From: a virus
Lineage: Duplodnaviria > Heunggongvirae > Uroviricota > Caudoviricetes
Strand: one strand, 5' to 3'
DNA: 12,503 nt
IMG/VR virus record: IMGVR_UViG_3300021310_000004
Below are positions 1-7,710 of the stretch, in pieces. The notes below the pieces were generated by a model. It was not told the DNA's origin. It was given only the letters and a program-made list of their open reading frames with translations, and searched no databases. The position numbers and the translations under genes were made by a program. Within the stretch, counting starts at the first letter, position 1, and every line of letters begins with the position of its first letter.

Positions 1-1
1 A

Positions 2-1318
2 TTTCATACGAAGAGCCATATTATATGTTATGTTAAACGTAGCTCTAGAAGCCATCTTGGCCCCCCACATAACAGGACGACCAATCTGCTCCGTCATGGA
101 GACACCCTTCCACGCTTCCGCTTCTTGAAGTGGTTTCGTCAACAGTCGGAATGGGCGTGTCAGTTTTTTTACCGGATTAGAAAGCTTTGCATATTGGCCT
201 TGTAATGCTTGTGCTCTCATTAACTTATTTTGAAGTGACCTTACTTGCTTAGAAACACCAAGCAGTTCCTCAAATTTTGCGTCTTTTGGATCAAGAGCCT
301 TTAATTGGCGCTTTGCGTTTCGAAGGAAAATGTCATACATCTCAGCATGCTTCTTGGCATCTTCTCCCAAATTAATAAAGTTAATGTTATTGCCATTTAT
401 GCTGTATTGGAACGCGCTTCTATTAAATATTCCACCAGTATTGTACCGGCCATTTGCATTCGTTAATTTTACAGCCTGCGATTCCGGACGCATATTCCAT
501 TTCATAGTAAAAGAGTTAGAATCTGCGTTCATTTTCCGAAATTCTTCAAGCGTCGTATTGATTCGGCCGGATTTAATGAATCCCTCTACCTGCTTCTCAT
601 TAATGGTTACTGCCAAATCGCTGCTGATATTACCGGTTTCTTGATTCACGAAGTTCTTATAAATGTCAAACGTTGCATTACCATTTCGTTCTACTTTGAC
701 AACCGAAATCGAATCGTGTATAGATGTTCCACTAGTGGTCGATTCAAAATCATTCAAAACAACTCTAGACTGGTATGCCACTCCATTTTTATACTTCGTA
801 CCATCAACAAAAGTACCTTGATTTATGATTTGGCCATCAATGTTCATCTGTTTAACCGGATTCGCTCCATTTGTTCCAAATTGAACAACGTTTTTTAGGC
901 CCAAATCGGCTGCGTCATCAGTGGACTTCATATTCGAAATGGAAATACCCATTTCAGAAGCATAAATTTCCATCTTTGTCCAATCGCCACTTTTCTTCAT
1001 CTGGTCGATTTGAGTTGCGATGGAATTCATTGTCTTTTCGTATTCTTTGGCCACGTAAACTTGTGACCATGCCACACCAAGAGCAGCTGTAGCAACAGGC
1101 ATTACTGCTTGCTTTGTAGTAGACTCTACCTTCTTTGTATCAGCGTACATCGCTATCGACAAACCGGATCCTGGCGCTTGTCTAACCTCTCGCTTTACAG
1201 ATTCTTTAGCTTTATCATACGCATCATGCGTCATGCTAGAAAAAGTCTTAGCGCGATTCAAGGCATTTTCAGAGATGTTTGTTGCATTTTGTGTATATGT
1301 ATATAATCCGCTCTTCAT
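2..1318 (-). CDS. Large hypothetical protein, 5' part only (439 codons, runs off the left edge; not in ORF track)
   Basis: ATG at 1318 preceded by SD AGAAAGGA. Manual translation MKSGLYTYTQNATNISENALNRAK...ITYNMALRMK stays open to position 2. A class-B motif lies 35 nt upstream. Confidence 0.85.
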   Translation of the reverse strand, partial: MKSGLYTYTQNATNISENALNRAKTFSSMTHDAYDKAKESVKREVRQAPGSGLSIAMYADTKKVESTTKQAVMPVATAALGVAWSQVYVAKEYEKTMNSIATQIDQMKKSGDWTKMEIYASEMGISISNMKSTDDAADLGLKNVVQFGTNGANPVKQMNIDGQIINQGTFVDGTKYKNGVAYQSRVVLNDFESTTSGTSIHDSISVVKVERNGNATFDIYKNFVNQETGNISSDLAVTINEKQVEGFIKSGRINTTLEEFRKMNADSNSFTMKWNMRPESQAVKLTNANGRYNTGGIFNRSAFQYSINGNNINFINLGEDAKKHAEMYDIFLRNAKRQLKALDPKDAKFEELLGVSKQVRSLQNKLMRAQALQGQYAKLSNPVKKLTRPFRLLTKPLQEAEAWKGVSMTEQIGRPVMWGAKMASRATFNITYNMALRMK

Positions 1319-1352
1319 GATATATCCTTTCTGTATATTTTTAGCTTTCAAT

Positions 1353-1378
1353 TAAATATGATTCGATTTTATGGATAC
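1353..1378 (-). promoter_or_regulatory. Class-B motif copy 1 (GTATCCA-N11-CATATTTA)
   Basis: Matches the copies at 3000-3025, 7473-7498 and 10531-10556 with identical spacing and is oriented toward the downstream ATG. Promoter function is inferred. Confidence 0.7.
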
Positions 1379-1412
1379 AAAAAAAGCAGACCCTTTATGA
1401 TAAGGGCCTGCT
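1379..1412 (-). terminator. Intrinsic terminator of the lipoprotein gene
   Basis: Minus strand AGCAGGCCCTT-ATCATA-AAGGGTCTGCT followed by a T-run, with one G-U wobble. It starts 9 nt after the stop codon. Confidence 0.85.
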
Positions 1413-1420
1413 CTTTAAAA

Positions 1421-2971
1421 CTAGTTCTCGGATTTTGCGCCTTGATTATCCGTAACTTCTTTTGTTGCGGAATCTGTCGCTGCATCAGGTTTTTGCGTCT
1501 TCGTTGTCTCGCTTTGTTCGGCATTTTTCGTGGAATTTGTTTCATCCGTTGCGGATTCAACATTTGCTTCTATATCAGTCTCAGCACTCTCCGGAGAAAC
1601 AACTTCATCCGGAACTTTTGGTTCCGCTGTTAAGAGCTTATATCCATCGAACCCGTTACCAGCCTCTTTAAACGTAATAATGTAGGTTTCCCCTGTAACG
1701 AGCTCTGGCTTTTGCGCACTCTTTAAGTACTTCATATCAAGAGTCTCGTTATTATTTACGTTCGTAGCCTGCAACGTATATTCCGAACGGCTTTCAACAA
1801 TTTTCGCTGCACTAATAGAATCAATTCGATACGTGCCAGTATACACACCACCATTTTCTGGACTCAATGCTGTTGGGTGCGTAATAGAAATATTCATCTT
1901 CTCCGGATCTGTATTGGTAACCTCATCATATGTCAAGCCATCGCGTTCAATTACTTTGCCGTCATAATCTAATAACTCACCTTCAACTAAGAAATCATTC
2001 TCGTCAAAGTGCATTCCGATAGATGTTCCGTCTACGCCACCATCCTTGTTATAAGTGTAAATGGTCTTGTTATAATCTTCAGCAGCTAATTTAGTGTAAT
2101 CGGTAATATCTTCATCAGCAACGTAGCGATAAAATCCGCCACCGCCGATGTTATAGTAACCGGTTGTTACGTAATCCGGAATATTAAGCTCCGCAATTAA
2201 TGGCGTAATGAATGTAAAAGAACCAAACATGTAAGTTTCCGCACTGGAAAAATAGTGAATATTTGCAGTGAGATCTACCAATACTCGTTCCGTTCCCCTA
2301 CGAACATCGCAGCTATATACTTTGCCAGCTTCTAATCCAGTGACAGTACCAGACATTGACATATTAAGTGGTGTAATTCGCTCATCACCTACCTGGACCA
2401 AATAAATGGACTCCACATCTTCCATTCCGTCAAATCCAACGGCATCTGATGTTGGCATCGTATGTCCGCCTCCATCGCCTCCGGAATAACGGTAGTTTCC
2501 AGATAAATCCTGCTTCAACCCCATAACACCTAGCGTGTACCCATTATCAAAGAACTTCTCTAACGCATACTTTGTAGGGATATTATTAGACGACTTGTAA
2601 ATCATCTTATCTGTTGCGTACATGGTTGGAATGGTTGCTTCATCTAGATCCTTGTTAACCCATGTGACTCTCGATGGATCATATCCAGCCTTATTTTCAT
2701 GGATATTTTCCATGGTATTATTTGCCTGTAACAGTGGATAGTATCTCGTCTGTTTTACTTTAGATTCTTTACCAGTGAGTGATGTTTCTTTAACCGTTAC
2801 ATCTCGTACGATGTAATAAGCATCTGATGGTAATTCGTCTTCGGATAAATAAAATGGCGGTTCCGTTGCTGCCGCACTAGTGCTACTTGATTCTCCGCAG
2901 CCAGTAAGCGATGCAATCATCCCGACAAGCATACAGCCAACTAAAGCTATACTTACAATCCTACGTTTCAA
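1421..2971 (-). CDS. Hypothetical lipoprotein, 516 aa, with an S/T/A/E/K-rich C-terminal tail
   Basis: TTG start with SD AGGAGG. Signal peptide MKRR plus a hydrophobic stretch ending in lipobox LTG-C (Cys25). No family recognised. Confidence 0.85.
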   Translation of the reverse strand: MKRRIVSIALVGCMLVGMIASLTGCGESSSTSAAATEPPFYLSEDELPSDAYYIVRDVTVKETSLTGKESKVKQTRYYPLLQANNTMENIHENKAGYDPSRVTWVNKDLDEATIPTMYATDKMIYKSSNNIPTKYALEKFFDNGYTLGVMGLKQDLSGNYRYSGGDGGGHTMPTSDAVGFDGMEDVESIYLVQVGDERITPLNMSMSGTVTGLEAGKVYSCDVRRGTERVLVDLTANIHYFSSAETYMFGSFTFITPLIAELNIPDYVTTGYYNIGGGGFYRYVADEDITDYTKLAAEDYNKTIYTYNKDGGVDGTSIGMHFDENDFLVEGELLDYDGKVIERDGLTYDEVTNTDPEKMNISITHPTALSPENGGVYTGTYRIDSISAAKIVESRSEYTLQATNVNNNETLDMKYLKSAQKPELVTGETYIITFKEAGNGFDGYKLLTAEPKVPDEVVSPESAETDIEANVESATDETNSTKNAEQSETTKTQKPDAATDSATKEVTDNQGAKSEN

Positions 2972-2999
2972 TATTTTTACCTCCTAAGTGATTTATGTA

Positions 3000-3025
3000 T
3001 AAATATGTTGCGAATTTTTGGAAAC
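3000..3025 (-). promoter_or_regulatory. Class-B motif copy 2 (GTTTCCA-N11-CATATTTA)
   Basis: Same bipartite motif and spacing, 29 nt upstream of the lipoprotein start. Confidence 0.7.
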
Positions 3026-3036
3026 ATAAATATAAT
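3008..3036 (+). promoter_or_regulatory. Sigma-A-type promoter for hup
   Basis: TTGCGA (3008-3013), 17 bp spacer, TATAAT (3031-3036), upstream of the hup SD. Confidence 0.75.
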
Positions 3037-3091
3037 GGTCTTTAGAAGGCATAAACAAATGTTTGCCGCTTTTTAAAAGGAGGAGATTACT

Positions 3092-3367
3092 ATGAACAAA
3101 GCAGAACTTATTACTGCTATTTCTGATACAACGGATTATCAGAAGAAAGATATCGATGCAATTATTAACGCTTACACTAAAGTCGTAACAGACGCATTGA
3201 AATCTGGCGACAAGGTTCAGCTCGTAGGATTCGGTACCTATGAAGTTGCTACACGTCCAGCTAGAATCGGTCGCAACCCACAGACCGGAGCAGAAATGAA
3301 GATTCCTGCAGCGAAGGTACCTAAGTTTAAGCCAGGCAAAGCATTAAAGGACGCTGTTAATAAGTAA
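3092..3367 (+). CDS. hup: Histone-like DNA-binding protein HU
   Basis: MNKAELI start, signature VQLVGFGTYEV and RIGRNPQTGAEMKIPAAKVPKFKPGKALKDAV, 91 aa, SD AAGGAGG. Confidence 0.97.
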   Translation: MNKAELITAISDTTDYQKKDIDAIINAYTKVVTDALKSGDKVQLVGFGTYEVATRPARIGRNPQTGAEMKIPAAKVPKFKPGKALKDAVNK

Positions 3368-3371
3368 GTAC

Positions 3372-3401
3372 AAAAAAGGCCTCTCAATTGAGAGGTCTTT
3401 T
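3372..3401. terminator. Bidirectional terminator between convergent hup and recD2-like genes
   Basis: AAAAAAGGCCTCTC-AATT-GAGAGGTCTTTT, with an A-run on one side and a T-run on the other. Confidence 0.85.
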
Positions 3402-3424
3402 ACTATACTTATGTACCTGGATAA

Positions 3425-5617
3425 TTACATCGCTTTCTTTTTCTGACTTGACTCCGATGTCTCTTGTAAGAATTCCAATACCCTGGTTCGTCGTTTTACA
3501 AAATATTCGTTTTTCAAACAGCTTTCGAGCGCGTCACCCGTGTACAACAATATGACCTTCTTTTTCGCTCTTGTAATTGCTGTGTACAACAAATTACGAT
3601 TCATCATACGCTTTACATTCTCTTCGCCGGATAGATATATAATAATTACACCGTTTTCTGACCCTTGCGATTTATGAATCGTATAAGAATATGCATATCT
3701 AGCATCATTTAACACGGAACGCTTCATTGTCCGTTCATCTGTACCATCGAACAAAGTGACTTCGTCGTCATCTAAATCCTCAATGACCGCCACCTCTCCA
3801 TTTGTATAAATCGGCACTGATCTTGTTTCGCCGTTTTCGTCCATCTCGTTGACGTATTCATTCCGAATGAACATAATCTTATCGCCATTCATTAATTCAT
3901 CGGAGATATCCTCTCCGAGCTCTTTATGCGTGTTTCGATGTGTTCTAATGTTTAGCGCGTCGCATCCGGCGGCACCTTTTTTTGATGCCTCAATCAACTG
4001 GCAATAGAATGGTTCGTCTTTCTTGTAATACATATCCATTAGCCTGGATAATATGGAATACGCATGAAATTCGTTCTTAGCTCTTCCGATTGCAAAGTCG
4101 TCAGCTTTAATTGGCTCCTTACCTTTTAATACCCGTTTTCCGTTATCGATAATCGTTCCTTCACTTCTAAAGTTCTCCGTTAATCGATACACCGGAAACA
4201 ACCCGGATGAAATAACATCGTGCAAACAGTTGCCAGGACCAACAGATGGTAATTGATCTTCATCACCAACAATTAAGAACCGGCAATTCTCCGGAATTGC
4301 ATTTAGTAACATGCTGAACAAATGTGTGTCACACATGGAGCCTTCATCTAAGATAATGAGTCCAGCTTCTAATGGGTTGTTATTGTTACGTTCCGCGCCA
4401 TTATCTTGGAACGGATTGAACTCCAACAATTTCTGGATCGTTTTTGCTTCCATACCGGTTGACTCGGACAATCGTTTTGCAGCTCTGCCCGTTGGCGCAC
4501 ATAACAATACTGGTTGCCCAGGATTCTTCTTTTGGTAATAAATGATAATCCCATTTATGACCGTCGTTTTTCCCGTTCCTGGTCCACCGGTCAATACCAT
4601 GATTCCATTTTGTTCGAGCATATGGAACGCATTTCTTTGTCCCGTGCCGTACCTTGTATGTAACATATCTTCTATAGCTTCAATCTCGGCGTCTTCTATT
4701 ACGATTCCACTTTTGAGTCCCTCATCGATTCGCTTTAGTCGAATCGCAATATTCATTTCCTCATCATGAATCGATTTAAAAGATACGTACCCATTATTAT
4801 TATCCAAATGGAATATGCGATTTGTAGTAACCTCATTTGCTACGCACACAATCGGAATGTTACATCGATAGATGCTTTTTATGGATAAACGATTTACCCG
4901 TTGGCCAAGATCCTTAGCTTGAATATAAGTGTGCCCTTCATTTCCAATCTGGAGCAGCGCATAACTAATTAAACCGGCTATGCGACGTTTATCTAGTTCA
5001 TCAATATGCAAATCATGTGCGATATTATCAGCTACTTGGCGCTTGATGTCGAACTTGATGCATTCTGTATATGGATCCTTTTTGAATTTTGCAATTGCAC
5101 CGGTACCATATTCTTCATCGATTTTCTCGATGCTTGAGTATGACACTTCGTAAGGCGCAAAGAATTCTTCCAGATCCGAAATCGTGGACACATAATACCA
5201 CTCGTCGAGAAATGCAGCGATTGACTTGGCTGATATGCCGCCCTTGAATTCAGACTCTAATCGCTCCTTAAATACAGGCCTAGGCATTGTAAAGACATCT
5301 GCTCCAAACTGAGATACAATGGCCTCTACGCGCTTTTTCCCGATACCACATCCTTTAATCTTATTGGTCATATATCTAGCGACCTGATCCGACCGGCTAA
5401 AATATGGCTTAAGCCGGGTGGCCTCGAACACGCCGTTTTTAATATCGCCTGTAAGAACAACTGGCATATATAGATTTAATCTAGAGTTGAAATACAAGCA
5501 CTCCATGGATCCGGTGTTCTGTTCCTTTGCGCTATCCGCATCCAGCTGAACGCGGAATATAACCTTTGCACCGCAGACCTTTTTTGTTATGCTTGTGATG
5601 ATTCCTTTGATTTCCAT
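3425..5617 (-). CDS. recD2: RecD2-like SF1B ATP-dependent helicase, 730 aa (start moved from 5773 to 5617)
   Basis: Walker A GGPGTGKTT, LCAPTGRAAKRL, Walker B ILDEGSM, VGDEDQLPSVGPG, YTIHKSQGSE, RNLLYTAITRAKK and an N-terminal HhH-like GIGKKRVEAIV. ATG 5617 has SD GAAAGG, whereas the longer ORF crosses a terminator and motif A. Confidence 0.92.
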   Translation of the reverse strand: MEIKGIITSITKKVCGAKVIFRVQLDADSAKEQNTGSMECLYFNSRLNLYMPVVLTGDIKNGVFEATRLKPYFSRSDQVARYMTNKIKGCGIGKKRVEAIVSQFGADVFTMPRPVFKERLESEFKGGISAKSIAAFLDEWYYVSTISDLEEFFAPYEVSYSSIEKIDEEYGTGAIAKFKKDPYTECIKFDIKRQVADNIAHDLHIDELDKRRIAGLISYALLQIGNEGHTYIQAKDLGQRVNRLSIKSIYRCNIPIVCVANEVTTNRIFHLDNNNGYVSFKSIHDEEMNIAIRLKRIDEGLKSGIVIEDAEIEAIEDMLHTRYGTGQRNAFHMLEQNGIMVLTGGPGTGKTTVINGIIIYYQKKNPGQPVLLCAPTGRAAKRLSESTGMEAKTIQKLLEFNPFQDNGAERNNNNPLEAGLIILDEGSMCDTHLFSMLLNAIPENCRFLIVGDEDQLPSVGPGNCLHDVISSGLFPVYRLTENFRSEGTIIDNGKRVLKGKEPIKADDFAIGRAKNEFHAYSILSRLMDMYYKKDEPFYCQLIEASKKGAAGCDALNIRTHRNTHKELGEDISDELMNGDKIMFIRNEYVNEMDENGETRSVPIYTNGEVAVIEDLDDDEVTLFDGTDERTMKRSVLNDARYAYSYTIHKSQGSENGVIIIYLSGEENVKRMMNRNLLYTAITRAKKKVILLYTGDALESCLKNEYFVKRRTRVLEFLQETSESSQKKKAM

Positions 5618-5641
5618 ACGATTAGCGCCTTTCTTCCTATA

Positions 5642-5678
5642 TACAATACGTATCATTTGGACATATTTTGTGACAAAA
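5642..5678 (-). promoter_or_regulatory. Class-A motif copy 1 (TTTTGTCACAAA-N9-AATGATACGTATTGTA)
   Basis: 27 of 37 positions are identical across three copies (5642, 6596, 10400). It lies 25 nt upstream of the recD2 start. Confidence 0.8.
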
Positions 5679-5714
5679 AAAAGACGCGGCTCAGTTTTAC
5701 CCGAAGTCGCGCCT
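5675..5714 (-). terminator. Intrinsic terminator of the exonuclease-like gene
   Basis: Minus strand AGGCGCG...CGCGTCT outer stem plus an imperfect inner stem, then a T-run that merges into motif A. Confidence 0.65.
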
Positions 5715-5738
5715 ATGTAATAAGGAAGAATCCGTCCG

Positions 5739-6560
5739 TTACGCACTATGTTTGATTTTTTGAACCACCTCATAAATAGAAGCGGATTTTGTCTTATTCA
5801 TAATATACTCCGTAAACGAATCCATATCAACCTCATCAAATTGCTTACCATAATCCTTAAAATACAAATTATCGCAGTCCAACAATATGAGACCTGATTC
5901 TGTGGTAAACACGATATGCCGGCCATGTTCGTTCTCAACATAGGTAGCATTTTTCACGAAGCCATCTTTCACGGCCGCATCCGCTTTTGGTAGTCTTTTA
6001 TAAAGAGCATCAAGCGCTTTCGTATAACCAGCCAAGTTTGCCGTTACGTTAAATACGCTGCACAAATCATTGAACGTATATCCGCTATTATTTACATCCG
6101 GAAGAATTACCGTCTTGAATAATGTCTTTACATCAAATCCGCCAATCGCTGCTAAAGGCACGCCGGTTGTTTTGGCCGCCTTAAACAGAAACGGATAAAT
6201 AAATCTCTTCGTATTGAATCCACAAATGTACGTATTCGTACCTAAAAACTGATTCAGTTCCTCAAGAACGTCTTTTAGGTTACAACCATTATCAATCATT
6301 GGTTGTGTGATGCCGGAAGCTTTAGATGCCTCGATTGAGATCACCTTTTTCGTCTTAATGATCTTCGCAAAAGTTGCTCCAGAAATCAGATTGTCTCCAG
6401 CATCTAGTTTTACGGCACGAATTCCACAGATCTCATCTACCTCTGGATCAAATCCGGTGGTTTCGATTTTAATAAAACATAAAGAGGCCTCTTTATTTCG
6501 AACTCTAGCCAAGATCTTCTTATATGTCATATCGTTTTGAGTTTTATAGTATCTTACCAT
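5739..6560 (-). CDS. DnaQ/PolC-type DEDDh exonuclease-fold protein, probably catalytically degenerate, 273 aa
   Basis: ExoI-like FIKIETTGFDPEVDEICGIRAV, SKASGITQPMI, L.EVLEEL.QFL and ExoII-like GFNTKRFIYPFL. Several catalytic positions are substituted. SD AAGGAGG. Confidence 0.8.
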   Translation of the reverse strand: MVRYYKTQNDMTYKKILARVRNKEASLCFIKIETTGFDPEVDEICGIRAVKLDAGDNLISGATFAKIIKTKKVISIEASKASGITQPMIDNGCNLKDVLEELNQFLGTNTYICGFNTKRFIYPFLFKAAKTTGVPLAAIGGFDVKTLFKTVILPDVNNSGYTFNDLCSVFNVTANLAGYTKALDALYKRLPKADAAVKDGFVKNATYVENEHGRHIVFTTESGLILLDCDNLYFKDYGKQFDEVDMDSFTEYIMNKTKSASIYEVVQKIKHSA

Positions 6561-6595
6561 TTTTTGCCTCCTTCATTTTCTATAATAATCCTACC

Positions 6596-6632
6596 TATAA
6601 TACGTATCATTGAACCATGCTTTGTGACAAAA
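6596..6632 (-). promoter_or_regulatory. Class-A motif copy 2 (TTTTGTCACAAA-N9-AATGATACGTATTATA)
   Basis: Same conserved blocks and spacing, 36 nt upstream of ATG 6560. Confidence 0.8.
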
Positions 6633-6672
6633 AAAAGCACCAAACAATGGATTTTCCATCGTCTGATGCTTT
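6629..6672 (-). terminator. Intrinsic terminator of the 235-aa SSB-like gene
   Basis: 18-bp stem (6634-6651/6655-6672) whose three non-Watson-Crick pairs are all G-U on the minus strand, followed by a T-run overlapping motif A. Confidence 0.9.
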
Positions 6673-6676
6673 AATA

Positions 6677-7384
6677 TTATTCTTCCGGAGTCTCGATTTG
6701 CACTGTACCGATAACGAACACATCTCTAGCTACTAATTGCTGTTCTGTGATCTCTCGGCCGTCCTTGAGCGTTGTGTATCGTGTGTTGATCCACCCGGTA
6801 ACATCTAACCAGGTACCCTTGGTAAGTTCATTCTTGATGATCTGAACATCGTGTTCACCCTCCTTGTTTCGATGGATGGCAACCGGAGTCTCGGATACGT
6901 AATCAATCTCAAAGAACTCCTTATCAGATTCCTTATTCGGGTTCTTAACTTTCTTATGAACATTCGTATACAGGTACACCAGAATAATCTCGTTCGAAAT
7001 TACAACTGTTTTTGTGATGCGTCCGCGAATGTTCATATTCTTACGGTCGAAAATCTCTTTACCGCTTGCAATTCGGCTGGACATCGTAAGTCCATATACC
7101 TCAACCTGATCTCTTGCAATATCATAATTTCGCTTCTTTTGTGATACGCCGGAGATAACGACCATATCACCAAGCTCAAACATCTTATCGTACGTAGATC
7201 CAAGTGCCCCTTCAAAGTACACGGAAATTCTCGTGTATTTTGCAGCCTGCCCGCGACCCTTCTTAACAGATACGGTAAATACATGCTTGTTTTTGAGCTG
7301 TTTCTTAAAAATTAGCTTGCCTGAAATGATAACGCTGTTATGGAATTCAAATTCGTTACCACTACTTTTGATTACATTTGACAT
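6677..7384 (-). CDS. Tandem-OB-fold SSB-like protein, 235 aa
   Basis: Two SSB-like repeats: NSVIISGKL...LGDMVVISG and NMNIRGRI...LTKGTWLDVTGWINTRYTTLKDGREITEQQLVARDV. SD AGAAAGGA. Confidence 0.7.
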   Translation of the reverse strand: MSNVIKSSGNEFEFHNSVIISGKLIFKKQLKNKHVFTVSVKKGRGQAAKYTRISVYFEGALGSTYDKMFELGDMVVISGVSQKKRNYDIARDQVEVYGLTMSSRIASGKEIFDRKNMNIRGRITKTVVISNEIILVYLYTNVHKKVKNPNKESDKEFFEIDYVSETPVAIHRNKEGEHDVQIIKNELTKGTWLDVTGWINTRYTTLKDGREITEQQLVARDVFVIGTVQIETPEE

Positions 7385-7472
7385 GAATTTTAGTTCCTTT
7401 CTATCATATTTTGTTCGTTCGCTCGGACTTTCATCTCGGATATAAGTAACCGAGAATTCCCGTCCGCATTCT

Positions 7473-7498
7473 TAAATATGAACCTGGTTTTTGGAAAG
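7473..7498 (-). promoter_or_regulatory. Class-B motif copy 3 (CTTTCCA-N11-CATATTTA)
   Basis: Same motif and spacing, 89 nt upstream of ATG 7384 and 1 nt from the upstream terminator T-run. Confidence 0.7.
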
Positions 7499-7499
7499 T

Positions 7500-7528
7500 A
7501 AAAACTCCGCCAGTAATTGGCGGAATCT
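7500..7528 (-). terminator. Intrinsic terminator closing the sigma/ClpX-like operon
   Basis: Minus strand TCCGCCA-ATTAC-TGGCGGA followed by GTTTTT. Confidence 0.85.
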
Positions 7529-7548
7529 GTGTTGTTGGTTATTCTGTA

Positions 7549-7689
7549 TTATTGAGTTTTCTTGCGTAGTCGTTCGATTGGACATGCACCTTCTTTTACG
7601 CTATCCATACAATCATTATTATTAGAAGAGACCATGCACTTTCCTTCTACGCAAGAAGGATACTCTTTGATTGCCTTGTTCCAATCCAT
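7549..7689 (-). CDS. 46-aa Cys4 microprotein (not in ORF track)
   Basis: MDWNKAIKEYPSCVEGKCMVSSNNNDCMDSVKEGACPIERLRKKTQ. SD AGAAAGGA sits directly after the stop of the upstream ATPase gene, and a terminator follows. Confidence 0.7.
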   Translation of the reverse strand: MDWNKAIKEYPSCVEGKCMVSSNNNDCMDSVKEGACPIERLRKKTQ

Positions 7690-7710
7690 TGTATTGTTCC
7701 TTTCTATATA

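Noticed and set aside
330-1633. Plus-strand ORFs 330-644, 641-898, 871-1092, 1109-1306, 1358-1633 and minus-strand 1369-1563
   Set aside because: They are shadows of the real minus-strand genes (2-1318 and 1421-2971), with no SD and no protein-like features.
3048-3067. Imperfect hairpin GGCATAAACA/TGTTTGCC in the hup leader
   Set aside because: A short AT-rich stem with a 2-nt bulge and a single occurrence; nothing supports a function.
5642-5647. Plus-strand TACAAT/TATAAT at the edge of each class-A motif as antisense -10 boxes
   Set aside because: None of the three copies has a plausible -35 at 17 bp upstream on the plus strand, so I treated it as the reverse complement of the motif.
5618-5773. 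N-terminal extension of RecD2 sharing the peptide FVTK-x3-MIRI with the extension of the 88-aa ORF (10370-10444)
   Set aside because: The shared peptide is only the class-A DNA motif read in frame. Both extensions lack an SD, and the recD2 one crosses a terminator.
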